From: an uncultured Bacteroidales bacterium
GTDB taxonomy: Bacteria; Bacteroidota; Bacteroidia; Bacteroidales; UBA3824
DNA: 64,000 nucleotides
Direction: 5' to 3'
NCBI GenBank assembly: GCA_947168365.1
Contig: CAMVLO010000002.1
Location: 2,691-66,690, forward strand
Below the pieces are notes generated by a model, which ran no database searches, was not told the DNA's origin, and was given only the letters and a program-made list of their open reading frames with translations. The first letter of the stretch is position 1; each line of letters opens with the position of its first letter. The translations under genes and the position numbers were made by a program. Positions 17,677 through 32,667 of the stretch are shown one piece after another.

Positions 17677-18198
17677 ATGAAACGTATAGACAAAGGTTCC
17701 ATAATAGATTCATTATCAGAAAAAATAGCAAATTCTCAGAATTTCTATTTGGCCGATATTTCCGACCTTAATGCTGAAGCTACTTACAAACTTCGTAAAG
17801 TTTGTTTTGAGAAAAAAGTAACTCTTCAAGCAGTGAAGAATTCTTTGCTCAAGAAAGCTTTTGAAAAGAGTGGCAAACAGTTGGATGAGTTGCTTCCTCT
17901 TCTTAATCACAATACTTCGGTAATGTTCAGTGAGACAGCAAACGCTCCTGCACAAGCGATTAAGGAATTCAGAAAATCAGCTGACAAACCAATCCTCAAG
18001 GGTGCTTACGTACAAGAAAGCATCTATATTGGTGATGATCAATTGGACGTTCTTTCAGCTATCAAGTCTAAGGAAGAACTCCTCGGAGATATTATCGGTT
18101 TGTTGCAGTCTCCAATCAAGAATGTTATTTCTTCTTTGAAGTCTGGTCAAAACAAACTCACAGGTCTCGTAAAAGCTCTCGAAGAAAGAGCACAGTAG
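17677..18198 (+). CDS. rplJ: 50S ribosomal protein L10
   Basis: Position between rplA and rplL. I chose the start at ATG 17677 (MKRIDKG...) because the tracked start at 17632 overlaps rplA. Confidence 0.9.
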   Translation: MKRIDKGSIIDSLSEKIANSQNFYLADISDLNAEATYKLRKVCFEKKVTLQAVKNSLLKKAFEKSGKQLDELLPLLNHNTSVMFSETANAPAQAIKEFRKSADKPILKGAYVQESIYIGDDQLDVLSAIKSKEELLGDIIGLLQSPIKNVISSLKSGQNKLTGLVKALEERAQ

Positions 18199-18241
18199 TT
18201 AAAATTTTTTAATTAAACAATTCTTAAAGAAAAAAAATAAA

Positions 18242-18619
18242 ATGGCAGATTTGAAAGCATTAGCAGAACAACTCGTTAATTTGACAGTTAAAGAAGTTAA
18301 CGAACTCGCTCAGATATTTAAAGATGAATATGGTATCGAACCAGCAGCTGCTGCAGTTGCAGTAGCAGGTCCAGTAGCAGGCGGCGCAGCAGCTGCTGCA
18401 GCTGAACAAACTGAATTTGACGTAATCCTCAAATCAGCAGGTGCTCAGAAACTTCAGATCGTTAAGTTGGTTAAAGAACTTACAGGTCTTGGACTTAAGG
18501 AAGCTAAAGACTTAGTTGACGGTGCTCCTAAGACTCTCAAAGAAAAAGTATCTAAAGAAGACGCTGAAGCTTTGAAAGCTAAATTGACTGAAGCTGGTGC
18601 AGAAGTTGAATTAAAGTAA
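18242..18619 (+). CDS. rplL: 50S ribosomal protein L7/L12
   Basis: Ala-rich hinge and a C-terminal [22 protein letters not shown]. Confidence 0.97.
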   Translation: MADLKALAEQLVNLTVKEVNELAQIFKDEYGIEPAAAAVAVAGPVAGGAAAAAAEQTEFDVILKSAGAQKLQIVKLVKELTGLGLKEAKDLVDGAPKTLKEKVSKEDAEALKAKLTEAGAEVELK

Positions 18620-18646
18620 AAAATTCGCTCTTTTTATAAGAGTTCT

Positions 18647-18694
18647 AGGTTTAGTATCTCCAGGATAAAAGCATGGGGATACTAGACCTTTTTG
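18647..18694 (+). terminator. rplL-rpoB intergenic hairpin (15-bp stem) plus T tract, a probable partial terminator/attenuator
   Basis: AGGTTTAGTATCTCC pairs with GGGGATACTAGACCT (two G-U pairs) and is followed by TTTTG. This corresponds to the known attenuator position in rplJL-rpoBC operons. Confidence 0.6.
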
Positions 18695-18792
18695 TCGTAT
18701 TCGTAGAATTCTAACTATCATTGCCTTACGTTTTTGTACTAAGGTTTTTAGTGGAATAATTTTTTATTTAAAAAAATAATTTTAAAGATCAG

Positions 18793-21700
18793 ATGGCTCT
18801 GAATAACCCTAGAATTAGTTTCGCTTCAACTAAAAATCAGTTAGAGTATCCTGATTTTCTGGAAGTGCAATTGAAGTCTTTTCACGACTTCTTTCAATTG
18901 GAAACTACTCCGGAAAAAAGGAAACAAGAGGGATTGTTTAAGGTTTTCAATGAAAACTTTCCTATAACAGATACTCGCAATAATTTTGTGCTTGAATTTA
19001 TCGATTATTATATCGATCCTTCAAGATATTCAATCCCAGAATGCCTTGACCGAGGTTTAACCTATAGCGTTCCATTGAAAGCTAAACTCAAATTGTATTG
19101 TACCGATCCTGAGCATGAGGATTTTGATACGGTTATTCAGGATGTCTATCTTGGTACCGTTCCATACATGACACCGGCCGGCACTTTCGTTATCAATGGT
19201 GCTGAACGTGTGGTTGTTTCTCAGCTCCACCGTTCTCCGGGCGTGTTCTTCGGTTCTAGTATTCACGCTAATGGTACCAAATTATATTCTGCCAGAATTA
19301 TACCTTTCAAAGGTTCTTGGATCGAATTTGCTACTGACATCAATAATGTGATGTATGCTTATATCGACCGTAAAAAGAAATTACCTGTTACAACGCTTTT
19401 GAGAGCCATCGGTTTTGAATCTGATAAGGATATTCTTCAGATTTTTGATTTGGCTGACGAGGTTAAGGTTAATAAGGCTTCGTTGAAAAAGGTTGTAGGC
19501 AGAAAACTGGCTGCAAGAGTCCTCAAAACTTGGACTGAAGATTTTGTTGACGAGGATACCGGTGAAGTTGTTTCTATTGAAAGAAACGAGGTGGTTCTCG
19601 ATCGTGAAATCGAAATCCTTCCTGAACATGTTGAGCTTATCGTTGATTCCGGTGCTCAAACTATTCTTGTTCATAAGGATACTGCTAATCACACTGACTA
19701 TTCTATCATTACAAATACTCTGCAGAAAGACCCCTGCAACTCAGAGAAAGAGGCTGTTCTTCATATCTACCGTCAGTTGCGTAATGCTGAACCGCCTGAC
19801 GATGCTACTGCTCGCGATATGATCGACAAATTGTTCTTCTCTGACAGACGTTATGACCTCGGTGATGTTGGTCGTTACAAGATCAATAAAAAATTGTCTC
19901 TTGATATTGATCAGAACATCAAGGTTTTAACTAAAGAAGATATTATTGAGATTATTAAATATCTTATCGAACTTATCAACTCTCACGCTGATGTTGATGA
20001 TATCGACCACTTGAGCAACCGTCGCGTACGTACTGTTGGCGAGCAGCTTTATGATCAATTTGGTGTTGGTCTTGCTCGTATGGCTCGTACTATTCGTGAA
20101 CGTATGAATGTGCGTGATAACGAAGTTTTTACTCCAACTGATCTTATCAATTCTAAGACTTTGGCTTCTGTTATCAATTCATTCTTTGGTACCAACCAGT
20201 TGTCTCAGTTTATGGACCAGACCAACCCGCTTGCCGAAATTACTCACAAGCGTCGTTTGTCAGCTTTGGGTCCCGGCGGTTTGTCAAGAGATCGTGCCGG
20301 ATTTGAGGTTCGAGACGTTCACTATACACACTACGGACGTTTGTGTCCGATTGAGACTCCTGAAGGTCCTAACATCGGTTTGATTTCTTCTCTTTGTGTA
20401 TTCGCAAAGATCGATGAGTTGGGATTTATTGAGACTCCTTACCGTAAGGTTAACAACGGTGTTGTTGATTTCTCTCCAGAAGGCATGCAATATATGACTG
20501 CTGAAGACGAGGACAATAAGATTGTAGCTCAGGCTACTGCTGCTGTTGACGAAAACGGTTTGTTGATTGAAAAGAGAGTAAAAGCCCGTCAAAATGCCGA
20601 CTTCCCGGTTGTTTCTCCGGAACAAGTTGAATTGATGGACGTTGCTCCTAATCAGATTTCTTCTTTGGCTGCTTCGTTGATTCCGTTCTTGGAGCACGAC
20701 GATGCTAACCGTGCATTGATGGGTTCTAACATGATGCGTCAGGCTGTTCCTATTCTTTCGCCTGAAGCTCCTATTGTTGGTACCGGTATTGAAGCACGTT
20801 GCGCCAAAGACTCTCGTACTCAGATTGTTGCTGAGGATGACGGTGTTATCCAATATGTTGACGGTCAGAAGATTGTGATCCGTTACAACAAGACTGAAGA
20901 CGAAAGATTTGTTGATTTCAACGATGAAGATGTAACATACTATCTTACTAAGTTTAAGAAAACCAACCAGAGCATGTGTATCAACATCCGTCCTATTGTC
21001 CGCAAAGGTCAAGAGATTAAGAAGGGTGAGATCATGACTGAGGGTTATGCTACTCAAGGCGGTGAATTGGCTTTGGGTCGTAACATGAAGGTTGCATTCA
21101 TGCCTTGGAAGGGTTACAACTATGAGGATGCTATTGTTATTTCTGAAAGAGTTGTTCGTGAAGACCTCTTCACTTCTATTCATATTGATGAATACCAGTT
21201 GGAAGTTCGCGATACCAAACGCGGTATGGAAGAGCTTACTTCTGATATTCCGAACGTTAGCGAAGATGCTACCAAGAATTTGGACGAGAACGGTTTGATC
21301 CGTGTTGGTGCTGAAGTTACTCAGGGTGACATCCTTATCGGTAAGATTACTCCTAAGGGTGAATCTGATCCGTCTCCGGAAGAGAAACTTTTGCGTGCTA
21401 TCTTCGGTGAAAAGGCCGGTGATGTTAAGGATACTTCTCTCAAGACTCCGCCTTCTGTTAAGGGTGTTGTTATTGAGAAGAGATTGTTCTCTCGCCAGAT
21501 GAAAGACCGCAAGGTTAAAAATGCTGATAAACCGCAAGTTCAGAAGATTGATAAGGATTTCGAAAAAGTTGCAAACGACTTGAGAAACAAACTTATCGAA
21601 AAACTTTTTGTTCTTACTAATGGTAAAACATCTCAAGGTGTTAAGGATTATTTGAACAAAGATGTTATCGCTAAGGGTGTTAAATTTACTTTGAAGAACC

Positions 21701-22602
21701 TTCAGGAAGTAGAAGATTACCTCGAAATCAATCCTAACAAGTGGACTACTGACAAGAAGAAAAACGATACTATTAAGGCTTTGCTTCACAATTATGTTGT
21801 TAAATACAAAGAAGAAGAGTCAGTATATCGTCGTCAAAAATACAACTTTATGATTGGTGATGAGTTGCCTATCGGTATTATCCAGCTCGCTAAAGTTTAC
21901 GTTGCAATGAAACGTAAATTGCGTGTAGGTGACAAGATGGCGGGTCGTCACGGTAACAAAGGTATTGTTTCTCGTATTGTTCGTGCTGAAGATATGCCGT
22001 TCCTTGAGGATGGTACTCCTGTAGATATCGTTCTTAACCCGTTGGGTGTGCCTTCTCGTATGAACTTGGGACAGATTTTCGAAACTGTACTTGGTTGGGC
22101 AGGTCGTACAATGGGTGTGAACTTTGCAACACCTATTTTTGATGGTGCGTCAGCAGAGCAGATTGGTGATTTGATGGAAAAGAACGGATTGCCTCGTTTT
22201 GGTAAATCTTACCTTTACGATGGTGGTACAGGCGAGCGTTTCGACCAACCGGCTACTGTAGGTGTTATCTACATGTTGAAATTGGGACACATGGTTGATG
22301 ATAAGATGCACGCACGTTCTATCGGTCCTTACTCACTTATCACACAGCAACCTCTTGGTGGTAAAGCACAGTTTGGTGGTCAGCGTTTCGGAGAAATGGA
22401 GGTTTGGGCTATCGAGGCATTCGGTGCTGCAAACATCCTTCAAGAAATTCTTACTGTAAAATCAGACGATGTTGTTGGTCGTGCTAAAGCTTACGAGGCA
22501 ATCGTTAAGGGTGACCCGATGCCAACTCCGGGTATTCCGGAATCATTCAACGTTTTGTTGCACGAACTCAGAGGTCTGGGCTTAAGCGTAAATCTTTCAT
22601 AA
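18793..22602 (+). CDS. rpoB: DNA-directed RNA polymerase subunit beta
   Basis: 1269 aa with conserved blocks throughout (GEMEVWA, NMQRQAVP-like MMRQAVP). Confidence 0.98.
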   Translation: MALNNPRISFASTKNQLEYPDFLEVQLKSFHDFFQLETTPEKRKQEGLFKVFNENFPITDTRNNFVLEFIDYYIDPSRYSIPECLDRGLTYSVPLKAKLKLYCTDPEHEDFDTVIQDVYLGTVPYMTPAGTFVINGAERVVVSQLHRSPGVFFGSSIHANGTKLYSARIIPFKGSWIEFATDINNVMYAYIDRKKKLPVTTLLRAIGFESDKDILQIFDLADEVKVNKASLKKVVGRKLAARVLKTWTEDFVDEDTGEVVSIERNEVVLDREIEILPEHVELIVDSGAQTILVHKDTANHTDYSIITNTLQKDPCNSEKEAVLHIYRQLRNAEPPDDATARDMIDKLFFSDRRYDLGDVGRYKINKKLSLDIDQNIKVLTKEDIIEIIKYLIELINSHADVDDIDHLSNRRVRTVGEQLYDQFGVGLARMARTIRERMNVRDNEVFTPTDLINSKTLASVINSFFGTNQLSQFMDQTNPLAEITHKRRLSALGPGGLSRDRAGFEVRDVHYTHYGRLCPIETPEGPNIGLISSLCVFAKIDELGFIETPYRKVNNGVVDFSPEGMQYMTAEDEDNKIVAQATAAVDENGLLIEKRVKARQNADFPVVSPEQVELMDVAPNQISSLAASLIPFLEHDDANRALMGSNMMRQAVPILSPEAPIVGTGIEARCAKDSRTQIVAEDDGVIQYVDGQKIVIRYNKTEDERFVDFNDEDVTYYLTKFKKTNQSMCINIRPIVRKGQEIKKGEIMTEGYATQGGELALGRNMKVAFMPWKGYNYEDAIVISERVVREDLFTSIHIDEYQLEVRDTKRGMEELTSDIPNVSEDATKNLDENGLIRVGAEVTQGDILIGKITPKGESDPSPEEKLLRAIFGEKAGDVKDTSLKTPPSVKGVVIEKRLFSRQMKDRKVKNADKPQVQKIDKDFEKVANDLRNKLIEKLFVLTNGKTSQGVKDYLNKDVIAKGVKFTLKNLQEVEDYLEINPNKWTTDKKKNDTIKALLHNYVVKYKEEESVYRRQKYNFMIGDELPIGIIQLAKVYVAMKRKLRVGDKMAGRHGNKGIVSRIVRAEDMPFLEDGTPVDIVLNPLGVPSRMNLGQIFETVLGWAGRTMGVNFATPIFDGASAEQIGDLMEKNGLPRFGKSYLYDGGTGERFDQPATVGVIYMLKLGHMVDDKMHARSIGPYSLITQQPLGGKAQFGGQRFGEMEVWAIEAFGAANILQEILTVKSDDVVGRAKAYEAIVKGDPMPTPGIPESFNVLLHELRGLGLSVNLS

Positions 22603-22693
22603 TTTGTAAAAAAAATTGCTGCAATTCAAGTCGGTATTATGCCGGCTTGGGTTTGCAGTTTTTAAAATATAATCTATAACAAAGGCAACGAAC

Positions 22694-26956
<4,263 letters not shown>

Positions 26957-27000
26957 TTAAAAAAAGTAATAATTCTAATTCTGTAATTTATATAAAAATT

Positions 27001-27315
27001 ATGGCAGAAGAAAAAAAAGCGCAAATTAACATCGAGCTTTCTAACGAAGTAGCTCAAGGCATTTATACTAATTTTGCAATCATTTCACATTCAAGTTCTG
27101 AATTTGTGGTTGATTTCATTAGTCATTTGCCCGCTATGCCGAAAGCTCAAGTTAAGAGCCGTATCATCATGTCTCCTGAAAATGCAAAAAGACTTATGAT
27201 TACACTTCAGGAAAACGTTTTGAAATACGAATCTGAATTCGGTAAAATCAAAAACGTAAATGGTGCAGGTTCAAACACATTGCCTTTGTTTGGTGCTAAC
27301 CCTACAGAAGCATAA
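27001..27315 (+). CDS. DUF3467-family small protein (conserved downstream of rpoC in Bacteroidota)
   Basis: 104 aa. The block GIYTNFAIISHSSSEFVVDF and its position after rpoC match what I recall of DUF3467. Confidence 0.6.
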   Translation: MAEEKKAQINIELSNEVAQGIYTNFAIISHSSSEFVVDFISHLPAMPKAQVKSRIIMSPENAKRLMITLQENVLKYESEFGKIKNVNGAGSNTLPLFGANPTEA

Positions 27316-27353
27316 CTTTTTTTAAGAAATATTCTTTTAATGATTTATATAAA

Positions 27354-27396
27354 AATTGAGCGAACGATTCCAAAAATTCTGCTCGCTCAATTTTTT
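27354..27396 (+). terminator. Intrinsic terminator ending the rpoBC-DUF3467 unit
   Basis: 10-bp stem AATTGAGCGA/TCGCTCAATT followed by TTTTTT. Confidence 0.7.
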
Positions 27397-27520
27397 ATGT
27401 TTTTCAGGCAAATGCAGGACTTAATAATTATTTTATCAAAATATTTTAAAAAATAGTTTGTACTATAAAAAAAAGTCAGTACATTTGCAAGCCAAAAAAT
27501 ACGAAATATTTACATACAAA

Positions 27521-27784
27521 ATGAAGAAAGACATACATCCAGAATCATATCGTTTAGTTGTATTTAAAGATATGAGCAACGATCAGACTTTTTTGACAAA
27601 AAGTACTGTTAACACAAAAGACACTATCGTACTCGACGGTGTAGAATATCCATTGGTTAAGGTCGAAATCTCTAACACATCTCACCCATTTTTCACTGGT
27701 AAGATGAAATTGGTTGACTCTACCGGTCGTGTTGATAAATTCAAAAAGAAATATGAAAAACATTATTCTACTAAAGTTGAATAA
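27521..27784 (+). CDS. rpmE: 50S ribosomal protein L31, type B (no CxxC zinc motif)
   Basis: [10 protein letters not shown]...HPFFTGK. I chose the start at ATG 27521 because the tracked upstream extension has no homology. Confidence 0.9.
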   Translation: MKKDIHPESYRLVVFKDMSNDQTFLTKSTVNTKDTIVLDGVEYPLVKVEISNTSHPFFTGKMKLVDSTGRVDKFKKKYEKHYSTKVE

Positions 27785-27817
27785 TTTCTTTTATGAATTT
27801 GATAGAACTTATAAAGA

Positions 27818-27853
27818 AAGGTTTTCTGATGTGATATTGGAAAACCTTTTTTT
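27818..27853 (+). terminator. Intrinsic terminator after rpmE
   Basis: Stem AAGGTTTTC/GGAAAACCTT followed by a T run. Confidence 0.7.
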
Positions 27854-27942
27854 GTCTAATTACTGTATTTTTTTAATTTGAATTGCATTTTAATTTATTC
27901 AGTTTACATTTATTTCATATTATTTTAAAAAAGACATACCAA

Positions 27943-28722
27943 ATGAAAAAAATTATCTTTATCCTATTGGCAACAATGTGCCATTACACTTTTGCAAACG
28001 CTCAGAGACTTTCCAAATCGGATGTCCCTACTGAATTTGTAGGCTCGGCTAACGATGTGGCTAAGTTGTCGAATTTTGCAGCTAAATCTCTCGATGGTGA
28101 TATCCTTTACAGAGAGGCTGAAGTAAATATCGATGCCGACAAACCTGCTGCTTTGGTGATTTTCCTTCACGAAGCTGCCGGCAGAGGTAACGATAATACG
28201 AAACAGATGCAGCAAGAAGGTATCTATTCTATTCTCAATTTTATGAAGAATAATGGTATCAACGGATATTTCGCAGTTCCGCAATGTCCTGAAAATCAGT
28301 ATTGGGCTGTCAGCACTGATGCTGAACCTTACGCTGAAAAGGTAATGAATCTTATATATTATTATAAGAGCGAAAAAGGTGTTGATCCTAGTCGTATCTA
28401 TCTTTTCGGTGTTTCTATGGGTTCTACAGGCGTTTGGGAATTGTTGAACTCTCATCCTCAAACATTTGCTGCTGCGTTGGCTGCTTCGGGTATCAGCCGT
28501 GGTACTAATGCTCTTTCTATCGCTAATACACCGATTTATTCTACTGTCGGTGAGAAGGAAGGCACTGAAAAATATCAGATTTTCCACGCTGCGATACATC
28601 AGGCTCAGTTGAACGGCGGCGATGCAAAACTCGACAAACTCAAAGGTCTCAATCATCAGGATGCTTGCGTTAAAGCATTTACTAATGAGAGACTTAAATG
28701 GGTTTTCGGTCACGTTCGTTAG
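27943..28722 (+). CDS. Secreted alpha/beta-hydrolase esterase (CE1/phospholipase-carboxylesterase-like)
   Basis: Signal peptide MKKIIFILLATMCHYTFANAQ. Nucleophile elbow GVSMGS, oxyanion-type LHEAAGRG, and a late His (GLNHQD). Confidence 0.65.
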   Translation: MKKIIFILLATMCHYTFANAQRLSKSDVPTEFVGSANDVAKLSNFAAKSLDGDILYREAEVNIDADKPAALVIFLHEAAGRGNDNTKQMQQEGIYSILNFMKNNGINGYFAVPQCPENQYWAVSTDAEPYAEKVMNLIYYYKSEKGVDPSRIYLFGVSMGSTGVWELLNSHPQTFAAALAASGISRGTNALSIANTPIYSTVGEKEGTEKYQIFHAAIHQAQLNGGDAKLDKLKGLNHQDACVKAFTNERLKWVFGHVR

Positions 28723-28753
28723 TTGGTGCTTTTTTTTTAAAACATTTATAGTA

Positions 28754-28797
28754 AAAAAGCCTTCTGTAGAGTTTTCTTCAGAAGGCTTTTTTGTTTG
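28754..28797 (+). terminator. Intrinsic terminator after the esterase gene
   Basis: 13-bp stem AAAAAGCCTTCTG/CAGAAGGCTTTTT plus a T run. Confidence 0.8.
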
Positions 28798-29032
28798 TAT
28801 CCTTGAAAAAATATAAATTGGCATGGAAAGATGTTGCGTTTCTATTTTAAGAAATTATTAGCAACTAAAAAGACCGAAAGCAATAAAACTGAATATTTAT
28901 GCTTTCGATCTTGAGGTTTTTGTAAAAAAAATTATTTTCCGTTGCAGAAAATTATATTTGTAGGGATATTTATAAATTGTTAATATTACCGTTAATCTCT
29001 ATTAATATTTCAAACTGCAACTTCTTTTATGT

Positions 29033-30181
29033 TTACTTACCTAATGCTTTTTTTACAGCAACTTCGATTTCAGTGCCGCGAAGTCCGCGTCTTAAAATCT
29101 TGCCGTCAGGAGCAAAAAGAATAATTTCCGGAATACCCAAAATGCCGTAAGCATCTGAGCCGGCTTTTTGAGCGTTGATGATTTGAGGATATTCAATACC
29201 GAGTTCTTTAATAGCCTCTTCGGTATCTGCAGGTTCGTCCCAAGTTGCTACGCCAAGCACTTCAAATTTGTCACTTTTGTACTTTTGGTAAATTTCAATA
29301 AGGTTTGGAATTTCTCTTCTGCAAGGTCCGCACCAGCTTGCCCAAAAGTCAACAATAACATATTTGCCCTTGCCTACATAGTCAGAAAGTTTTGTAATCT
29401 TGCCGTTGTATTCAGATTCAAAATCTACAAAATTTGCACCTTCCAGAGTTGCTTCTGATGCTTGTTTTGCCTTTTCCTCAGATTCTTTTTTCTCTTTGAA
29501 ACGATTGTTGAGAGTATCGAAAAATGTTTTGAACTTACCGTTCTTTACCTCGTCGGTAGCGATATTGAGCAATTCTTCAACATTTCCGATTGTAGTCATC
29601 GAGATTACAATTGCGCCTTCGTTGTTGTTGTTGGCTTTGGCGTAATCCATAATAACATTTGTTACGCTGTCTTGAAGACGTGTAAATTTGGCATCCATTT
29701 CTTGTTCCAAGTCTTCAGTCATTTCTGAACTTTGGTATTTGTCCATAATTTTGCCGGCTTTTTCGCGAATATCTGTTACAAGAGTTTTGAAATAATTGTA
29801 GTTTTGGTAAAACTTGCTGCCTTCAATACTGTAACTTGTTTCAGTAACATCGATATTAGCAGTTTCGCCCGGTACAAAAAACATCTCAATAGCGAGATTT
29901 GTCGCTTCACCGTTTTCGTCCACTTGTACAAGACTGCCCATTACAGGTTTTGAAAGTTGTTTGCTGAATGTAAATTTACCGTCTTTTACTTTGATTGTGT
30001 CAACCGGTAATTCATTCATCTTGAATGTAGAATCGTCAGTCATCAGCACATAATACTCAGAAGCGTTGCCGGCTTGAGTACCGTTGATTGTGAAAGTATT
30101 GACCGAATCAGTTTTAGCGCATGACATCATCATTGTGCCTGCTGCGCCGAATAAAGCAATTGTCTTTATGAATTTTTTCAT
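29033..30181 (-). CDS. TlpA-family thiol:disulfide oxidoreductase lipoprotein (thioredoxin fold with an N-terminal DUF4369-like domain)
   Basis: VIVDFWASWCGPCRREIP CxxC motif. Lipobox MMMSCAK. Confidence 0.85.
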   Translation of the reverse strand: MKKFIKTIALFGAAGTMMMSCAKTDSVNTFTINGTQAGNASEYYVLMTDDSTFKMNELPVDTIKVKDGKFTFSKQLSKPVMGSLVQVDENGEATNLAIEMFFVPGETANIDVTETSYSIEGSKFYQNYNYFKTLVTDIREKAGKIMDKYQSSEMTEDLEQEMDAKFTRLQDSVTNVIMDYAKANNNNEGAIVISMTTIGNVEELLNIATDEVKNGKFKTFFDTLNNRFKEKKESEEKAKQASEATLEGANFVDFESEYNGKITKLSDYVGKGKYVIVDFWASWCGPCRREIPNLIEIYQKYKSDKFEVLGVATWDEPADTEEAIKELGIEYPQIINAQKAGSDAYGILGIPEIILFAPDGKILRRGLRGTEIEVAVKKALGK

Positions 30182-30367
30182 TTGAATTATGTTTTTAATT
30201 TTGGCACAAATATAACAATATTTTTATTGTAAAAAACTTTGTATTGGTGAATTAATATTAGAAATAGGGCGGACACATAGGTTTGTTCTCAAAAAATTGA
30301 TTAATTATTGTAACCAAAATAATAAAAAACGCACCTCAAATAAGAAGTGCGTTTTTTAGTTATATTA

Positions 30368-31012
30368 TCAAAATTCGACCTCCACCTCTACAGGTTCTAC
30401 ACTTACAGATTTTCCAGTGATAGGGTCATTATCAAAATTTACTGTAATTGTTAATGTGTATTTGCCTGATTTGTCGGAAGGGTGAGGAATATACAAATCA
30501 AAAAAAGACATAAACGGATTACATTTTTCATAATTAAAATCAGCAAGTTCGCCATGTTCCCAATTGTTAAATTCTTGATAATTATTATCAATATAAGGTT
30601 TTAAAGTTGCAATTCCTGCATATATTAAATCATCAATTGCAGTATTAGCGGGATGAGCAGAATTCCAATCCCTGTCACAAGAAACTGAAATTTTAGACAG
30701 CGGGTTACAACTTGCTTCGCCAATACCCCACTCATCATCATAAATCTTATATTTAGTATCATGATAATACTCACTATATTTATTGTATATTTCTCTTCTT
30801 TCGGAGTTACGGTCTTTAACATGATATACCGGCTTATTAGATTTTACGTATACACGAACTGTAATTTTGGGTTCCATATAGTCTACTGATGCTTCCAAAG
30901 AGGTGGGGATGTAATAACATACAGCGCATCCTGCATATTCATATTTATCACATGAAGAAAGTATCATCGATATCACTACTATAATTAAGATCGAAAATAT
31001 AATATGTTTCAT
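30368..31012 (-). CDS. Lipoprotein, fourth member (paralogue D) of the family found at 9789-11176
   Basis: Lipobox ILSSCDKYE. ISVSCDRDWNSAHPANTAIDDLI parallels INIICDKDIDENHLAGTELNDI. The C-terminal PSDKSGKYTLTITV parallels LPEKHDTYTFDISI. Confidence 0.7.
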   Translation of the reverse strand: MKHIIFSILIIVVISMILSSCDKYEYAGCAVCYYIPTSLEASVDYMEPKITVRVYVKSNKPVYHVKDRNSERREIYNKYSEYYHDTKYKIYDDEWGIGEASCNPLSKISVSCDRDWNSAHPANTAIDDLIYAGIATLKPYIDNNYQEFNNWEHGELADFNYEKCNPFMSFFDLYIPHPSDKSGKYTLTITVNFDNDPITGKSVSVEPVEVEVEF

Positions 31013-31020
31013 AATATTTC

Positions 31021-31212
31021 TTATTTTTTAGGATGAATACCGGTAGCTATATGAATTTGGAAATATTCTTTATCATGGGGAATATTATCTTGCGTTAATA
31101 TTCCATCATTTATTTTATATCCGTCAGAACATTCAAAGACGCCAGCTAAATACCAGCACGTAGTCAGGTTATCTCCCCAACCCCAATTCATGTGAAAATA
31201 CTCTTTTATCAT
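31021..31212 (-). pseudogene. C-terminal remnant (63 codons) of a C10 streptopain-like cysteine peptidase
   Basis: YFHMNWGWGDN...GIHPKK matches the conserved (Y)FH(x)NWGWGG block and the C-terminal end of C10 peptidases. The catalytic Cys and His regions are absent. Confidence 0.6.
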
Positions 31213-31481
31213 GTTATATATGTTAAATTAATTCGCTTTTGAATACTTCTATTTTGTACGGCAAATATAAAAACTCTATTTTAAATTTAAAAAAATAATT
31301 GTTTAATTTAATTAAGTATATTACTTATTCTTTCTATTACATTTTATAATGTATGGTGGCAATTTATTGAAATTGATTCATTACCCCAAAAAAAAGAAAC
31401 CGGGCGAAATCTTCCTCACCCGGTTTCAAAATCAACCAAATCAAATATAAATATCGTCATAAAATTTACTCTTTAATAAAT

Positions 31482-32243
31482 TTATGCCTCCGATTTATTT
31501 TGATTATCCAAAACTTCATTATCCTCAGATTGGTTTTCAACCTCTGCTGATTTGTCTGAAGCCTTGTTCAACAGGTATTTTGACTGTTCGTAAATATCGT
31601 TCACCTTGTTGATGAACACATCATACTCGCCGTTTGATACAATACTTACACCATTTACATAGTTGATAAGATTGCAAACCGACTCAATCGCATTGTTTAC
31701 CTTTTCTGCTTTCAAAGCCTTGATTCTCAAACGTTCTTCAGTACGCTGAGCATACAATTTTTCGATTTCAGCATCAAAAGTATCCAAATCCTTTACGAAT
31801 TGTTTGATACCTATCAGATCCAAAGTATCGTTGCCCAAACCCTTGAGCGCGTTGTTGAAATTCTTCATGATTGTTCTCAACGAGAATAACGATTTCGCTT
31901 TTCGGATAGGATAACTTTTAGTAATTTCCTTCACCTTTCGCGAAGTCTCAGAGACGTCTGCCTCATTTCTTGTCAAAAACGCATTGCAAACATACCAGAT
32001 GCTTGCCTTTGTCGATTTCAACAATCTACAATAACTGTAGATCTGTTTAGTTAATTTACTTGTTGAATTATTGTCCACCGCAGCAAGCAATTCTGCATGT
32101 TTGGTTTTCAAATCTTCAACTAAACTTAATTTGCTTTCTTTTTCCATAGAAGTTGTTGCCTCTACCAGCAAGGAGAGAAAGCTATAAAGCTCTTCTTGCT
32201 TTAATCTGCACATAGCAGATTTCGTTAATCTAATTTGTAACAT
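31482..32243 (-). CDS. Hypothetical all-helical protein, DUF6261-like
   Basis: 253 aa with no signal peptide. The layout (N-terminal IRLTKSAMCRLKQEELYSF, later EKLYAQRTEERLRIKALKAEKVNNAIESVCNLINYVNG) resembles what I recall of the Bacteroidales DUF6261 family. A TATCTTTG -7 box lies on the minus strand at 32348-32355. Confidence 0.5.
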   Translation of the reverse strand: MLQIRLTKSAMCRLKQEELYSFLSLLVEATTSMEKESKLSLVEDLKTKHAELLAAVDNNSTSKLTKQIYSYCRLLKSTKASIWYVCNAFLTRNEADVSETSRKVKEITKSYPIRKAKSLFSLRTIMKNFNNALKGLGNDTLDLIGIKQFVKDLDTFDAEIEKLYAQRTEERLRIKALKAEKVNNAIESVCNLINYVNGVSIVSNGEYDVFINKVNDIYEQSKYLLNKASDKSAEVENQSEDNEVLDNQNKSEA

Positions 32244-32667
32244 AATTTATATAATTTGATGATTAAACAATTTAAAAATCATTTCAATATTGCTTACTCT
32301 TTAGATACTAATTTGTAGCAATAATCATTTGATTAATTATTTCGATACAAAGATACAAAAATAATTTCTAATATGCAAATATTTTTTTTGTAAGATATAG
32401 AAAACGATACTAATTTAGAGCCAAAATGATATTATTTTTACTTTTTTTAACGCATTACAGAACCTATAATGTGGTTTTCGGTATCAATAGTTAAATGATG
32501 TTAAATATGTATTTTGCCCAATAATTTTCTGATTATTTGTTGATAAATAGGGTATTGACTGTATAATTTTTTTTGCACAATTTTGATGTAATATAGTATG
32601 CGTTTCTTAATAAAAAACAATAGTTATTTAATAGTGTATCTTACTTAATATTGTAATTACAATTTAA

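Noticed and set aside
20284-21789. A 501-aa ORF antisense to rpoB. Similar long antisense ORFs occur at 35575-36429 (lon), 45102-45959 (carB), 50774-51616 (infB), 53128-53892 (nusA), 27964-28824 (esterase), 12370-13074 (xerC) and 3662-4564 (GH115).
   Set aside because: They lie fully inside well-supported genes and have low-complexity, Ser/Leu/Asn/Phe-rich translations with no recognisable motifs. They are the expected by-product of codon bias in AT-rich genes, which depletes stop codons on the complementary strand.
28955-28965. A TATATTTG -7-like box on the plus strand pointing into the 3' end of the minus-strand tlpA gene (possible antisense promoter).
   Set aside because: It is a single 8-mer match in AT-rich DNA with no -33 element at proper spacing and no downstream feature. 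This is expected by chance at this frequency.
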